Positions 28,454 to 39,248 of a stretch of DNA of 64,000 nt are shown one piece after another (the first letter of the stretch is position 1; each line of letters opens with the position of its first letter). This stretch comes from Fibrobacteria bacterium (GTDB lineage: Bacteria; Fibrobacterota; Fibrobacteria; UBA11236): positions 191,345 to 255,344 of the forward strand of contig JAYTSD010000017.1 of the NCBI GenBank assembly GCA_043745805.1, read 5' to 3'. Both the position numbers and the translations under genes were made by a program. The notes beneath the pieces were generated by a model. That model had not been told where the DNA came from and searched no databases. It was given only the letters and a program-made list of their open reading frames with translations.

Positions 28454-30313
28454 CTAAGCTTCTACCCAGCGTCCATGCTCTTTGATAAGATTGACCAAGG
28501 CTTCGGGAGCATTGTCTTCGACAATATTTTTTTTCACGCAATCTCGACCAACATATAAATTTACCTTACCCGGTGCGCCACCCACATAACCAAAATCTGC
28601 ATCGGCCATTTCGCCAGGTCCATTTACAATACAACCCATAATGGCAATAGAAATATTTTTTAAATGGGCCGTGCGTTGACGGATTTTTTGCGTGGTGGTT
28701 TGCAAATCAAAAAGCGTACGTCCACAACTCGGACAAGCCACATATTCGGGTTTCGTTTTGCGTACGCCGGCCGCTTGTAAAATATCATACGCTAAATGCA
28801 TAGCTCCGCGCGCACTGGAACTAGTGATATGTAATAAATCACCCAAACCGTCCACTAACACAGCGCCTAGTTTTGCCGCTAATTCCATATTGTCCTCCGG
28901 AGAGCCATCGCTAATTCCACGTAAAACAATTAAATCCGAACGTTTTAACTTTTCAATCCAAGCGGCCACGGAACGATAACCAGCAATAGGATTTTCTGTT
29001 CCTACAAAAGACCATAAAATTTGGTCTTTTTGTAAAACCTCCGGTGAGATTTTTGTGAGATGCATAACATCTTCAATAACTATTTCTAAAGCACCGGAAG
29101 GAATGTTTTTAGCGTTAGCAATTAAATCACTGCTTTTAACAATATTCCAAACAGTCACTTCGACAGGCTCAGTGACCGAAGTAGCTGGCTTAAGAACCAA
29201 GGCAATTGCCTGATTTGACAATCCAGTCACGGAGCTTGTCGAAGTGACCCATTCTAATTGTCTTTCTCCTTTGGGCAAAGTTTCTTGGGGAGGTAAGGGC
29301 GTGCCAACCAAAATTTTTTCTCGATGTCCCGCCATTAAATTTTCCATAGGAAATTCTACAGAGTCTCGTCTATGATACGCATAAAAATTTAGGTTTTCTT
29401 CAAGTACAGAGGACGCTGCAAGTTTTGCGGTATCACAAAGTTCAACTAAAATTTTAGCTACAGGAATTTCATGCACCGGATCTTCGGTGAGAGAAACACG
29501 TACGGTATCCCCTATTCCATCTAATAATAAAGCGCCAATGCCAACCGAGGATTTTAAACGCCCATCTTCCCCATCACCCGCTTCGGTCACCCCAACATGG
29601 AAAGGATAAGGTTTATGTCCTTGTGATAAGCGAGCGGCCAATAAACGATAAGCCTGCACGGCGACTTTGGGGTTGGAAGACTTCATGCTAAAAACAATTT
29701 GATCAAAGTTTTCCGCTTCGCAAACGGCCAAATATTCCATGGCACTTTCTACCATGCCTTCGATGGTATCGCCAAATTTCCACAGCATTCTATCGGATAA
29801 GGATCCATGGTTAGTTCCGATACGCAAACATACTCCGCGCGATTTGGCTTCGCGAATTAATGGCGTAAAGGCTTCAAATACTTTATCGCAACCAGCCGCA
29901 AAAGTAGAATCATCATATAAACGTGTGACAACTCCTTTGGAGTCCACAAAATTGCCTGGATTGATACGCACCTTCTCTACCCATTTTACTGCTTCCATGG
30001 CAGCACGTGGTTGAAAATGAATATCCGCTGAAATTGGGACGGTACAACCCGCAGCGCGAACTTGTTGCACAATATCACGCAAGCACTCAGAATCTTTTTG
30101 CGTAGGTGCAGTAATGCGTACTAATTCACAACCGGCGGCAGCCAATTCCAAAGTTTGCTTTACTGTAGCCGCAACATCTTTGGTGTTGGTGGTGGTCATG
30201 CTCTGCACTAAAATGGGCGCATTGCCACCAATAATGCGATTGCCTACGCGCACTTCTAATGTTTGCCGGCGCATTGGTGCGAAGCGATTATTCATATAAG
30301 GTAATTGAGTCAT
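28454..30313 (-). CDS. ispG: HMBPP synthase (GcpE), long three-domain form
   Basis: VQSMTTT, ADIHF, RINPGN, RIGTNHGSL, CPSCGR, MGCIVNGPGE. Confidence 0.96.
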   Translation of the reverse strand: MTQLPYMNNRFAPMRRQTLEVRVGNRIIGGNAPILVQSMTTTNTKDVAATVKQTLELAAAGCELVRITAPTQKDSECLRDIVQQVRAAGCTVPISADIHFQPRAAMEAVKWVEKVRINPGNFVDSKGVVTRLYDDSTFAAGCDKVFEAFTPLIREAKSRGVCLRIGTNHGSLSDRMLWKFGDTIEGMVESAMEYLAVCEAENFDQIVFSMKSSNPKVAVQAYRLLAARLSQGHKPYPFHVGVTEAGDGEDGRLKSSVGIGALLLDGIGDTVRVSLTEDPVHEIPVAKILVELCDTAKLAASSVLEENLNFYAYHRRDSVEFPMENLMAGHREKILVGTPLPPQETLPKGERQLEWVTSTSSVTGLSNQAIALVLKPATSVTEPVEVTVWNIVKSSDLIANAKNIPSGALEIVIEDVMHLTKISPEVLQKDQILWSFVGTENPIAGYRSVAAWIEKLKRSDLIVLRGISDGSPEDNMELAAKLGAVLVDGLGDLLHITSSSARGAMHLAYDILQAAGVRKTKPEYVACPSCGRTLFDLQTTTQKIRQRTAHLKNISIAIMGCIVNGPGEMADADFGYVGGAPGKVNLYVGRDCVKKNIVEDNAPEALVNLIKEHGRWVEA

Positions 30314-30420
30314 TTTTCCGTCTTTTTAATTTGCATTAAATATACGAAATTGCGAGAAGATGGGTTTGGGTATTGACTGATTCCACAGCAAAATTACAGA
30401 AATTTTTATAAATCCCTAGC

Positions 30421-31557
30421 ATGTTTCAATTACCAATTAAGGTTCAAAAATTTTTAGGTAATATTGGGTATTCTCACTATTTTGCTTTATTGCTTTTGCC
30501 CCAAATTATTTTGGCAATGCCCTCCGAACTCGCCAGCCAAGAATCCGAATCAAGGCAAGCCGGAATATACTTTGCCAATGATGCGCAACTTTTAACTCTC
30601 GGTTTATTAAGTGATGAAGATCGATATTTTTCCCAAGGCGTTCATGTCTTTTGGATGAATGCCCCGCATACCGTTCAGGCTAGCTGGAAACCTATACACT
30701 GGATAGGCGAAAAATTAAATGCTGAAAATACGGCTTCCAGCTTTCGCTTCGGCCAAGATATTTTTACTCCCAATGATTTAAGTATGAGCTCGTCACCTAT
30801 TCTTGACGATCGACCTTTTTTAGGTTGGACACATTTGGATTTAGCACAGCGCTTTTATGGGCAACTAGGCATAAAAGCAACGCGCTTAATTTTGCAAATG
30901 GATATTGGATTGGTGGGGCCATTATCATTCGGAAAAGATGTTCAAGTTTGGTACCATGAAAAACGCAGAGCAACGTCCACCCATCCCGAACTCGATCCAG
31001 ACCCGTCCAAAGGTTGGGATAGGCAATATGGAAAAAATGGATTTCCAAGTCGATTCCAGGTAATCACCAATTATGGAATAGATATTCTAAATAGAAAATA
31101 TGGTAATATTTTTGGTATTAATCTCGGCGCCGAAACTTTCATTAATGTAGGAACGCTTTATGGGATTCTCGGACTAATTGCACAATCGCGATTAGGGCTA
31201 ATGACACGTGATTTTTATCAACCCCAAATCGACGGTAATTATAATGGTTGGGAAGGTTTTATTTTTACCCGGACGGAAGTAAATGCCGTAGGCTGGAATA
31301 AAGTGCTAACGGGTGAACCCTCAAGTGAGGTAAAAATAGCGCCTTTGCTATTAAAGCATGAATTGGGAATATTATTCAGAGGTCCCTCGCCCATACCCGA
31401 ATTGAGTTTTAGTCTATCATTTTGGAGTCGCGAAACCCTAAACAACCCTCGTGAACCCTTTCAACTTGAACATACCGACTATCGCCCTTATCTTCAAGTA
31501 CGCGGGCCATGGTTTGATCATGGTTTTGGAACAGTGCGTTTGGTTTGGCTTTGGTAA
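30421..31557 (+). CDS. LpxR/DUF2219-family outer-membrane protein (lipid A deacylase-like)
   Basis: 'ND..DRYFSQG', 'GQDIFTP', 'DRPFLGW', 'GLVGP...VQVWYH', 'GWDRQ'. Confidence 0.75.
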   Translation: MFQLPIKVQKFLGNIGYSHYFALLLLPQIILAMPSELASQESESRQAGIYFANDAQLLTLGLLSDEDRYFSQGVHVFWMNAPHTVQASWKPIHWIGEKLNAENTASSFRFGQDIFTPNDLSMSSSPILDDRPFLGWTHLDLAQRFYGQLGIKATRLILQMDIGLVGPLSFGKDVQVWYHEKRRATSTHPELDPDPSKGWDRQYGKNGFPSRFQVITNYGIDILNRKYGNIFGINLGAETFINVGTLYGILGLIAQSRLGLMTRDFYQPQIDGNYNGWEGFIFTRTEVNAVGWNKVLTGEPSSEVKIAPLLLKHELGILFRGPSPIPELSFSLSFWSRETLNNPREPFQLEHTDYRPYLQVRGPWFDHGFGTVRLVWLW

Positions 31558-31747
31558 AAAAAATTCTATACCATCCAGAAAAAACTCACACTTATATTCA
31601 GCTTTTTACGGTATGTTTACCACAGAAAACTATCATGGGGATTTGAGCTAGTTTTCTCATTGTATATCTCACTTTTGCTTTGGCGAGTTTTGATAACTAA
31701 AATGCAAATCCCCGATAATATGATTTTTAAAAGCGGGGGCTTGGCTT

Positions 31748-33949
31748 ATGGAATCTTTTAAACTCTATAATCACCTTATTTGGCTAGGTATAATACATCT
31801 AAGTGTCGCTTTGGTTTTTTCCCAAACTGCTGGTATTAATTCGGGATCTATTTACACTTTGAAATCAAAGGCCAGTAACCGTCTACTCAATATCAGTAAT
31901 TCCTCGATGATTGCGGGTGGTAATGTTGATACCTGGACCGATACAAAATCTGATGCACAAAGATGGATTATCACCTATCTCAATAATAATTTATATACCC
32001 TAACCAATATCGCCAGTGGAAAATTGCTCCATATTGCCAATGCCATTCCAGCTAATGCCGTGAATATAGATCAAAGCAGTAACACCGATGATAACACTAC
32101 CAAATGGAGTATTGTGGATGCCGGTGGTGGTTATTATCAATTTAAAACAGCTGCTAATACAAATTATTCCATGGACCTTTTTAATGGAAACAATGCCGAT
32201 GGTGCCAATGTACAATTGTGGACAGCGAATCCTGACGATCCCCAAAAATGGTTATTAACATTAACCAGTCCTCAAGCTGCTGCACCAACCTCCAACATCG
32301 CCGATCAAATTTATGAAGCGTGGAAAAGCAAATATTATTTCACCAATGCGAGTGGTGGATATATAACAGGTGAAGGCTTTTGGGGTGTGGCCGAAATGAT
32401 GGAAATCATCGATGACGCTTACGAAGTAACCGGCTCGGCTAAATACAAAACTATTTTAGATGAACTCTTTAAGGGGTTTATTGCAAAAGAAGGTTCTGAC
32501 TGGATGTGGAATGATTTTAATGATGATATTGCTTGGATGGTAATAGCCTCAACTAGGGCTAGTTTATTAACAGGTAACACACAGTATCTCGATAAAGCCA
32601 AAGAACAATTCGACAAAATGTATGCACGAGCCGCCACTAATTTATATGGTGGTGGATTGATTTGGAAACAAGGAATAGTTGGCAAAAATTCTTGTATAAA
32701 TGGACCTGCTATGGTCGCATGCGGTTATTTGGCTCAGGCCACAGGCGATAAAGCTTACTACACTAAGGCCATAGAAATCTTTAAATGGTCTAAACTTTAT
32801 TTGTTCAACAATAATACCGGCAAAGTGAATGATAATTATGGTTTCAATGCGGCTGCGGGAAAGGATGAAGTGGGCACATGGAGCTCAACTTATAATCAAG
32901 GTACCTATTTAGGGGCTGCGGTCATGCTTTATAATTATACCCAAGATACAACGTATCTTAATAGTGCTGTAAAAATTGCAGACTTCACAAAAAATAATAT
33001 GTACAAGTCTGAAGTGATTAACAACGAAGAAGGCCCTGACCTCAATGGGTTTAAAGGGATTTTTATGCGTTATGCAAGACACTATGCAATTGATTTAAAC
33101 AAGCCAGAGTATATACCATGGCTACAACTCAATGCCAAAGTGGCTTATAACAACCGTAACTCACAAAATCTTATCGGTACTCTTTGGGGTACGCAAAAAA
33201 ATGATACCACAAAATTCGCCGCCTTTAATGCATCTACAGCAATGTCATTATTGTTTAATTGTCCATTATCCCCTATTCTAAAGAAAAATGCTTATGCCAA
33301 TATTGAATCTGAAAATATGGATTATTTAAAAGGAGTCGTGGTGGAAAAAACCACTGATGCCAGTGGGGGTAATCAATTAGGAGGCATTCAAAATGGATAT
33401 TATAGTGCTTATATGAATGTGGATTTTGGAACAGAAGGCGCTACCAGCGCATCCTTTAGCATTTCCAGTGCAACTCAAGGAGGAACTATCGAAATACACC
33501 TAGGCAGTGTAATGGGGACATTAATTGGAACGGCATCTGTTACGGGTACGGGTGATTGGAATACTTATGCTACCGTTACTTGCCCAGTGAGTACTACTAA
33601 GGGTTTACAAAATGTATACCTAGTTTATAAAGGCTCAGGTTATTTATTTAATTTTAATAATTTTAAATTTTTGACGGCAACAAACACAAAAACCCTCCCT
33701 AATGAGACTGCAAAAATAAATATTACTATTTATACTAGTTCCTTTAGCGGCCAAATTATTTTAAATGCGGGGTCCCAAACCTTACATAATCTTAGAATAC
33801 AGGACGTTAAAAATAAGTTATGGGTTTACCATGCGCAAGATTTTTCTGGATCTAAAAAATTGGATATTTCCGAACTTCCCAAGGGTGTGTACTTTCTCTC
33901 TGCCAAAATGAATAATCACCAATCTTTTGTGGCAAAATTTATTCGATAA
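31748..33949 (+). CDS. GH76 alpha-1,6-mannanase-like enzyme with N-terminal ricin-B lectin, CBM6 and T9SS-type C-terminal domain
   Basis: QxW lectin repeats; FNDDIAW catalytic DD; KNSCINGP, TYNQG, GFKGIFMRY; CBM6 'VDFG...TGDWNTY'; tail 'LDISELPKGVYFL...KFIR'. Confidence 0.88.
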   Translation: MESFKLYNHLIWLGIIHLSVALVFSQTAGINSGSIYTLKSKASNRLLNISNSSMIAGGNVDTWTDTKSDAQRWIITYLNNNLYTLTNIASGKLLHIANAIPANAVNIDQSSNTDDNTTKWSIVDAGGGYYQFKTAANTNYSMDLFNGNNADGANVQLWTANPDDPQKWLLTLTSPQAAAPTSNIADQIYEAWKSKYYFTNASGGYITGEGFWGVAEMMEIIDDAYEVTGSAKYKTILDELFKGFIAKEGSDWMWNDFNDDIAWMVIASTRASLLTGNTQYLDKAKEQFDKMYARAATNLYGGGLIWKQGIVGKNSCINGPAMVACGYLAQATGDKAYYTKAIEIFKWSKLYLFNNNTGKVNDNYGFNAAAGKDEVGTWSSTYNQGTYLGAAVMLYNYTQDTTYLNSAVKIADFTKNNMYKSEVINNEEGPDLNGFKGIFMRYARHYAIDLNKPEYIPWLQLNAKVAYNNRNSQNLIGTLWGTQKNDTTKFAAFNASTAMSLLFNCPLSPILKKNAYANIESENMDYLKGVVVEKTTDASGGNQLGGIQNGYYSAYMNVDFGTEGATSASFSISSATQGGTIEIHLGSVMGTLIGTASVTGTGDWNTYATVTCPVSTTKGLQNVYLVYKGSGYLFNFNNFKFLTATNTKTLPNETAKINITIYTSSFSGQIILNAGSQTLHNLRIQDVKNKLWVYHAQDFSGSKKLDISELPKGVYFLSAKMNNHQSFVAKFIR

Positions 33950-34121
33950 ATTGAGAATTTAAAGAAATACATGAAGGGAATGAGCTCAAGCGTCTTTCCA
34001 GGAAAGGATTGACGGCAACTCCGCTTGCAGATTCCTTCCACCTATTTTAGCCCAAGTTAAATTTTAATAGCTATTTTTAGCGGATTCTATTTCATGGCTT
34101 AATCCCAAGGAAGAAATCTGC

Positions 34122-35429
34122 ATGAAAAGGCTTTTTATTTTTGCTCTAGGCATGCTTTTGCTCGGTAAGACTTCGTTATATGCCCTAAGCTTACACGACG
34201 CACAAACCCAATTATTCAAGGGTAATTTAGACTTAGCGATTTTGGATTTACAAAAATCTCAGCTAACCGAAGCAAAATCCGAAGCACAAGCTATTTGGCA
34301 TCCTTCCATCGATGCTTTTGGTAATTACAATTATACTACTGAGGTTGGTCACTTAACGTTACCCTTGCAGCCACCGCTGCAACCAATACAGCGAGAGTTA
34401 GGTGATCATGATAGAATGGAATTCGGAATCGATGCTACTTATCCCCTATTCACAGGCTTTGCCGGGCAAAATAATATTCGCAGTAAGAAATTTGCTATTG
34501 CTTCCCAAGAGGCAAATATTAAAGCACTTAAAAATCAAATGTCCTTGCGTTTAGCCGGTTTGTATACTGCTTGGTCCAATGCCGACAAGCAAGCAAACTT
34601 CCAAAATAAAACTGTAGAATATGCCCAACAATTTACTCAGCAAACGGAAAAATTCTGGAAAGCCGGATTGGTAGTCAAAACCCAAACTTTGGCCGCGGTA
34701 GCAAGGCTTAAAACCGCTGAGCTAGAGCTTTTAGCTACGCAAAACACACGTGATTCCATTCGTTTAGAATTACAAAGCTTCTTACAAGTATCATTAGAGA
34801 ATAACAAACCTGATACGGTAATAATTACAGCTCTGAAGACAGAAACCGAGAGTAACCTCTATGACACCTCACAAAATAAAGTCCATGCAGAAATAGAGGC
34901 CCTTTCTTTGACTCAGCAACAATTAGATTATCAACAAAAAGCTTTGGGCGGACAAAAGCTTCCTCAGCTCTTCGGCATGGTTGGTTATCGTTATGCCAAT
35001 CCAGGCCTCAATCAAACCGATGATAAATTTATGAATTATGGCTTAGCTGGTTTGCAATTAAAATGGAATTTATATGATGGCACAAAAAACCATTCCCAAA
35101 GGCAACAGTTGCGCGTGCAAAAACAAATTTTGGAAACGCAAAAGCAAAAACAAATTTCCGAATTCAATAAAGCTTTAGCTGCTTCACAGTTACAAATCAA
35201 CAAATGGGACAAACAAATAATAGTAGTGCAAGCCTCCTGGGAGGCTGCTAATGCCTTGGCTGAAGATTTACGCAAACAACAGGGTAACGGATTAGCAACG
35301 GCTTTAGAATGGCTGGAAGCCAAAAACAATTTAGCCAAAGCTCAGTTGCAAATGGAACAAGCCCAAAACCTTAAAAACTTAGCTGTTATACAATGGCAAT
35401 ACGCCGCCGGAAAGGAGTTGCAATTTTAA
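34122..35429 (+). CDS. TolC-family outer-membrane efflux protein
   Basis: Signal peptide, 'YPLFTGFA' and 'KWNLYDG' repeats, coiled coils; first gene of an exporter operon. Confidence 0.85.
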   Translation: MKRLFIFALGMLLLGKTSLYALSLHDAQTQLFKGNLDLAILDLQKSQLTEAKSEAQAIWHPSIDAFGNYNYTTEVGHLTLPLQPPLQPIQRELGDHDRMEFGIDATYPLFTGFAGQNNIRSKKFAIASQEANIKALKNQMSLRLAGLYTAWSNADKQANFQNKTVEYAQQFTQQTEKFWKAGLVVKTQTLAAVARLKTAELELLATQNTRDSIRLELQSFLQVSLENNKPDTVIITALKTETESNLYDTSQNKVHAEIEALSLTQQQLDYQQKALGGQKLPQLFGMVGYRYANPGLNQTDDKFMNYGLAGLQLKWNLYDGTKNHSQRQQLRVQKQILETQKQKQISEFNKALAASQLQINKWDKQIIVVQASWEAANALAEDLRKQQGNGLATALEWLEAKNNLAKAQLQMEQAQNLKNLAVIQWQYAAGKELQF

Positions 35430-35430
35430 T

Positions 35431-36354
35431 ATGCAAACTTATCGAATATATTCTCGCCTTCACACTTCTCTCATAAGCCTTACTTTATTGGCCCTTGGAG
35501 CTTGGCTTTTACAAGCTTGCTCTGGAAAAGTAAGCGAAGATTTTTTAAGTTCAGCTGTAATTGAAACCCAAATCTATCAAATAGGCACTACCGCACAGGG
35601 AAAGATCATTGCCCTGTATAAACAGGAAGGGCAAATGGCCCAAGCGCAAGAGTTAGTAGCATTGGTAGATACTTTACCTCTATTCCTACAACTGGCTGAA
35701 TTGCAAGCAGGATTAGGTGAAATCGATGCCAATACTGCGGCGAAACAAGATGAAATTCAAGCGGGAGCTTCGGATTTAAAAGGCTTGGAAAAAGATTACA
35801 ATCGTGCCGCACCGCTTATACAAGAGGGCGCTTTACCCGGGCAGCAAGAAGATAAATTCAATACCTCCTTAAACTCTTCGCGCAATCGATTAGCGGCCAA
35901 TAAAAGCGTCCAACAAAGTTTACGGAGTAAAAAAGCAGGTTTAGAAGCCAAGCTCGCGCAATTGAAAGATCAAATCCACCGTTGTTATATCTATGCTCCC
36001 GTAACCGGCAGAATACTTACCCGTTATAAAAATTTGGGTGAAGTAGCTGCTCTAGGGCAACCGCTTTTTGAAATGGGTCGCGAAGATACTTTGCAAGTGG
36101 ATTTTTTTATTCCGCAGCCTTATTTATCAGGAATACATTATGGACAAGTGATACGTTTGCGTTTGGACCAAGAAAAAGGAGGTGAATTATTTATGCCTGC
36201 TACCGTAACTTGGATTAGTAATGAAGCAGAGTTTTCTCCCAAAAATATTCAAACGCGTGATAGCCGTAATGAACTGGTTTTTAAAATCCGTGCCGTAGTG
36301 GCCAATAAGGACGGGCTTTTAAAGCGTGGACTGCCGGTTGAGATTTGGAAATAA
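35431..36354 (+). CDS. HlyD-family membrane fusion protein (YbhG-like, lipoprotein)
   Basis: LQAC lipobox, IYAPVTG, AEFSPKNIQT. Confidence 0.88.
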   Translation: MQTYRIYSRLHTSLISLTLLALGAWLLQACSGKVSEDFLSSAVIETQIYQIGTTAQGKIIALYKQEGQMAQAQELVALVDTLPLFLQLAELQAGLGEIDANTAAKQDEIQAGASDLKGLEKDYNRAAPLIQEGALPGQQEDKFNTSLNSSRNRLAANKSVQQSLRSKKAGLEAKLAQLKDQIHRCYIYAPVTGRILTRYKNLGEVAALGQPLFEMGREDTLQVDFFIPQPYLSGIHYGQVIRLRLDQEKGGELFMPATVTWISNEAEFSPKNIQTRDSRNELVFKIRAVVANKDGLLKRGLPVEIWK

Positions 36355-36376
36355 TGTTTTCACTTAAGAAAAAAAT

Positions 36377-37366
36377 ATGCTAGCGATTGAGGCAAATGCA
36401 TTAGCTAAAAATTATGCTGGCGAAAAGGCTTTGCAAGGGATCAGCTTTCAAGTACCGCAAGGCAGTCTCTTCGGGATTATTGGTGCCGATGGCGCAGGTA
36501 AATCCACCTTGCTGAGTATTTTAACCACCTTAATTGATAGTGATACTGGTTCCGCGCAAGTGCTGAATTATTCCGTGCAAAATAATATTCGAGCGATACG
36601 CCAAGAAATTGGTTATATGCCCCAAAAATTTTCCTTATATCAGGATTTATCGGTTTTAGAAAATCTGGAATTCTTTAGTGATATTTTCAGTGTTCCGCAA
36701 CAAGAAAAACAAAAACGCATCGATGAACTTTTACGCTTCGCGGATTTGGTACCATTTAAAGCGCGTAAAGCTGGACAATTATCGGGAGGCATGAAACAAA
36801 AACTGGCCTTGTCCTGTACTTTAGTACATCAACCTAATTTGCTATTACTCGATGAACCTACGGTTGGCGTTGATCCTGTGGCTCGACGTGACTTTTGGCG
36901 TATGCTTAAAATGCTCAAGGTGCAAGGTAAAACTATTTTGGTATCTACACCTTATATGGATGAAGCGGAGCTTTGCGAAGACTTGATTATTTTACATCAT
37001 GGAAAAATTCTTGCCCATGGTACCCCTCAAAACTTAATGTCCCAATATCCTTTTCAATTATTAAAAGCCGAAGGTAGCAAAACGCTTTTTTACAGTCAAA
37101 CGGAAAATACTCCTGAGCCCATTGAAATTATTTATCCTGTTGGTGGCGCCTTACATATTGGCATTCGTAAGAATAATCAAAACGACAATCTTGAAAAAAG
37201 AACGTCATCGGAAGCCTCTTTTTCAAAAAATAAAATTTTGTCTTTAGTGCAAACTTTAGTTCCCGAAATAACTTCATTACAAATCACCTCACCTAATGTG
37301 GAGGATGTTTTCATTGCTCTACTGGCTGGAAAAATGCAATGGCAGTCCTCGCAGGGTATCGCATGA
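36377..37366 (+). CDS. ABC exporter ATP-binding protein (YbhF N-half-like)
   Basis: GADGAGKS, YMPQKFSLY, LSGGMKQK, LDEPTVGVDP. Confidence 0.9.
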   Translation: MLAIEANALAKNYAGEKALQGISFQVPQGSLFGIIGADGAGKSTLLSILTTLIDSDTGSAQVLNYSVQNNIRAIRQEIGYMPQKFSLYQDLSVLENLEFFSDIFSVPQQEKQKRIDELLRFADLVPFKARKAGQLSGGMKQKLALSCTLVHQPNLLLLDEPTVGVDPVARRDFWRMLKMLKVQGKTILVSTPYMDEAELCEDLIILHHGKILAHGTPQNLMSQYPFQLLKAEGSKTLFYSQTENTPEPIEIIYPVGGALHIGIRKNNQNDNLEKRTSSEASFSKNKILSLVQTLVPEITSLQITSPNVEDVFIALLAGKMQWQSSQGIA

Positions 37367-38121
37367 GTTACGCTATTCAAACCCATGGACTCACAAAAAA
37401 ATTTGGGGCCTTCACGGCAGTGGATCATATTGACGTACAAGTAGGCGAAGGCGAAATATTTGGATTTTTGGGCGCGAATGGTGCTGGTAAAACAACAGCT
37501 ATTCGTATGCTGTGTGGATTAATCAATGCCACTAGCGGCACGGGCACAGTAGCGGGTTTTGATATTTTAAAAGAGGCGGAAAAAATTCGTTCGCGTATCG
37601 GCTATATGTCACAAAAGTTTTCTTTATATCCTGATCTTAGCGTATTACATAATATGCAATTATACGGCCGACTATATGGCCTTACGAAATCCGAATTGCC
37701 AGAATGTATCGCCACCATGGCCGAGTTTTTGGATTTAAAAGATTTATTGCCGCGTATCACAGGAGGCCTTCCCTGGGGCTGGCAACAACGCTTAAGCTTG
37801 GCTTGCGCTAATTTACATCGTCCGCGAATTTTATTTTTAGATGAACCCACGGGATCCGTGGATCCGGTCAGTCGCCGTAACTTTTGGGATCTTATTCATC
37901 GTCTATCCCATCAAGGCACCACAATTTTCATTACTTCGCATTATATGGATGAAGTGGAATACTGTCATCGCCTTTCCATTATGATTCAGGGAAAAGTCGC
38001 CGCTCAAGGTAGTCCGCGCGAACTCAAACAAAATTACCATTGTGCTTCGCTGCAAGAACTATTTATTCACTTAGTGGAAAAACAATTGCCGGAAAGCGCC
38101 ACAGCAGGCAATGTAGTATGA
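37363..38121 (+). CDS. ABC exporter ATP-binding protein (YbhF C-half-like)
   Basis: GANGAGKT, YMSQKFSLY, LPWGWQQR, LDEPT; ATGA overlap with the upstream gene. Confidence 0.9.
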   Translation: MSYAIQTHGLTKKFGAFTAVDHIDVQVGEGEIFGFLGANGAGKTTAIRMLCGLINATSGTGTVAGFDILKEAEKIRSRIGYMSQKFSLYPDLSVLHNMQLYGRLYGLTKSELPECIATMAEFLDLKDLLPRITGGLPWGWQQRLSLACANLHRPRILFLDEPTGSVDPVSRRNFWDLIHRLSHQGTTIFITSHYMDEVEYCHRLSIMIQGKVAAQGSPRELKQNYHCASLQELFIHLVEKQLPESATAGNVV

Positions 38122-39248
38122 CCAAGGTTTCCAACAAATTTTCTCTTACACGCTTAAGCGCCATTATTCGCAAAGAATTTTGGCATATAGTGCGCGACTG
38201 GCAAACCTTAGGTGTAGTTATTGGCATGCCCGTATTAATGATGTTTCTGTATGGCTATGCTTTAAATTCCGATGTTAAAGAAGTTCCTGTTATTGTGGAA
38301 GATGCCTCGCAAAGCACGGAGAGTCGCGCTTTAATTGAAAAAATTGATGGCAGCTCTCTCTTTAAAGTTACTCGTATCGTATCGGTTACCTCCGATCCCA
38401 CCGAATACTTTAGATTGTCCCCTATTCATGCTTTATTTCGTATTCCTCCAGATTTTAATCGCGATTTACGCCGCCATGGCAATGGGGCGCATATACAAGT
38501 TTTGATTGATGGCTCTGATCCCAATGTCGGCACTATTATTCGCAATGCCAGTGAGCCTTTATTGCTAAATGCCACTTTACAACTTTTACAAATTGAAAGG
38601 CCTAAAGTTTTAGATATACGATCCCGCGTTTTATATAATCCCGAACAAAAAAGCGCCTTCTTTTTTGTTCCAGGCCTCATGGCCGTTATATTATTAATGA
38701 TCTCCGCCTTATTAACTTCCATTGCAATTACTAAAGAAAAAGAATTGGGTACTATGGGGCAATTATTAGTTTCGCCATTGCAACCCTTAGAAATTATTGT
38801 GGGAAAAATTATTCCCTATATGCTGTTGGCTGCCATAGATGGCTTATTAATTTTAACCGTAGGCCGTTTTGTTTTTGGAGTAAGTATTGTAGGCAATAGT
38901 TTATTGCTGGCTGTTGCCAGTCTCGTGTATATTTTTACGGCTTTATCCATTGGATTATTTATTAGCACCATAGCCAAAAAGCAGCAACATGCAATGATGA
39001 TGGCATTGGGAGCTACTATGTTACCTACGGTTATTTTATCGGGCTTTATTTTTCCCACCAGTAGTATGCCGCTTCCCTTACAAGGGATATCACAAATCAT
39101 ACCGGCAACACATTTTTTAAAAATTGTACGAGGCATTATTTTAAAAGGAGTAGGCCTAAGAGAATTATGGCAACCGCTTTCAATCCTATGTTTAGAAGGT
39201 TTTGTTCTCATGTTTGTGTCGATTAAAAAGTTTCGGTTAAAGTTATGA
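38118..39248 (+). CDS. ABC-2 type permease (YbhS-like)
   Basis: KEFWHIVRD, KEKELGTMGQLLVSP, LSGFIFP. Confidence 0.88.
   Translation: MTKVSNKFSLTRLSAIIRKEFWHIVRDWQTLGVVIGMPVLMMFLYGYALNSDVKEVPVIVEDASQSTESRALIEKIDGSSLFKVTRIVSVTSDPTEYFRLSPIHALFRIPPDFNRDLRRHGNGAHIQVLIDGSDPNVGTIIRNASEPLLLNATLQLLQIERPKVLDIRSRVLYNPEQKSAFFFVPGLMAVILLMISALLTSIAITKEKELGTMGQLLVSPLQPLEIIVGKIIPYMLLAAIDGLLILTVGRFVFGVSIVGNSLLLAVASLVYIFTALSIGLFISTIAKKQQHAMMMALGATMLPTVILSGFIFPTSSMPLPLQGISQIIPATHFLKIVRGIILKGVGLRELWQPLSILCLEGFVLMFVSIKKFRLKL

Noticed and set aside
28454-30313. Unusually long IspG with a central insertion
   Set aside because: The three-domain IspG form is already known from plants, Chlamydiae and Bacteroidota.
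33995-34045. GGAAAGGA...TCCTTCC pairing upstream of the TolC operon
   Set aside because: No recognisable riboswitch consensus and no U-tract; too weak to call.
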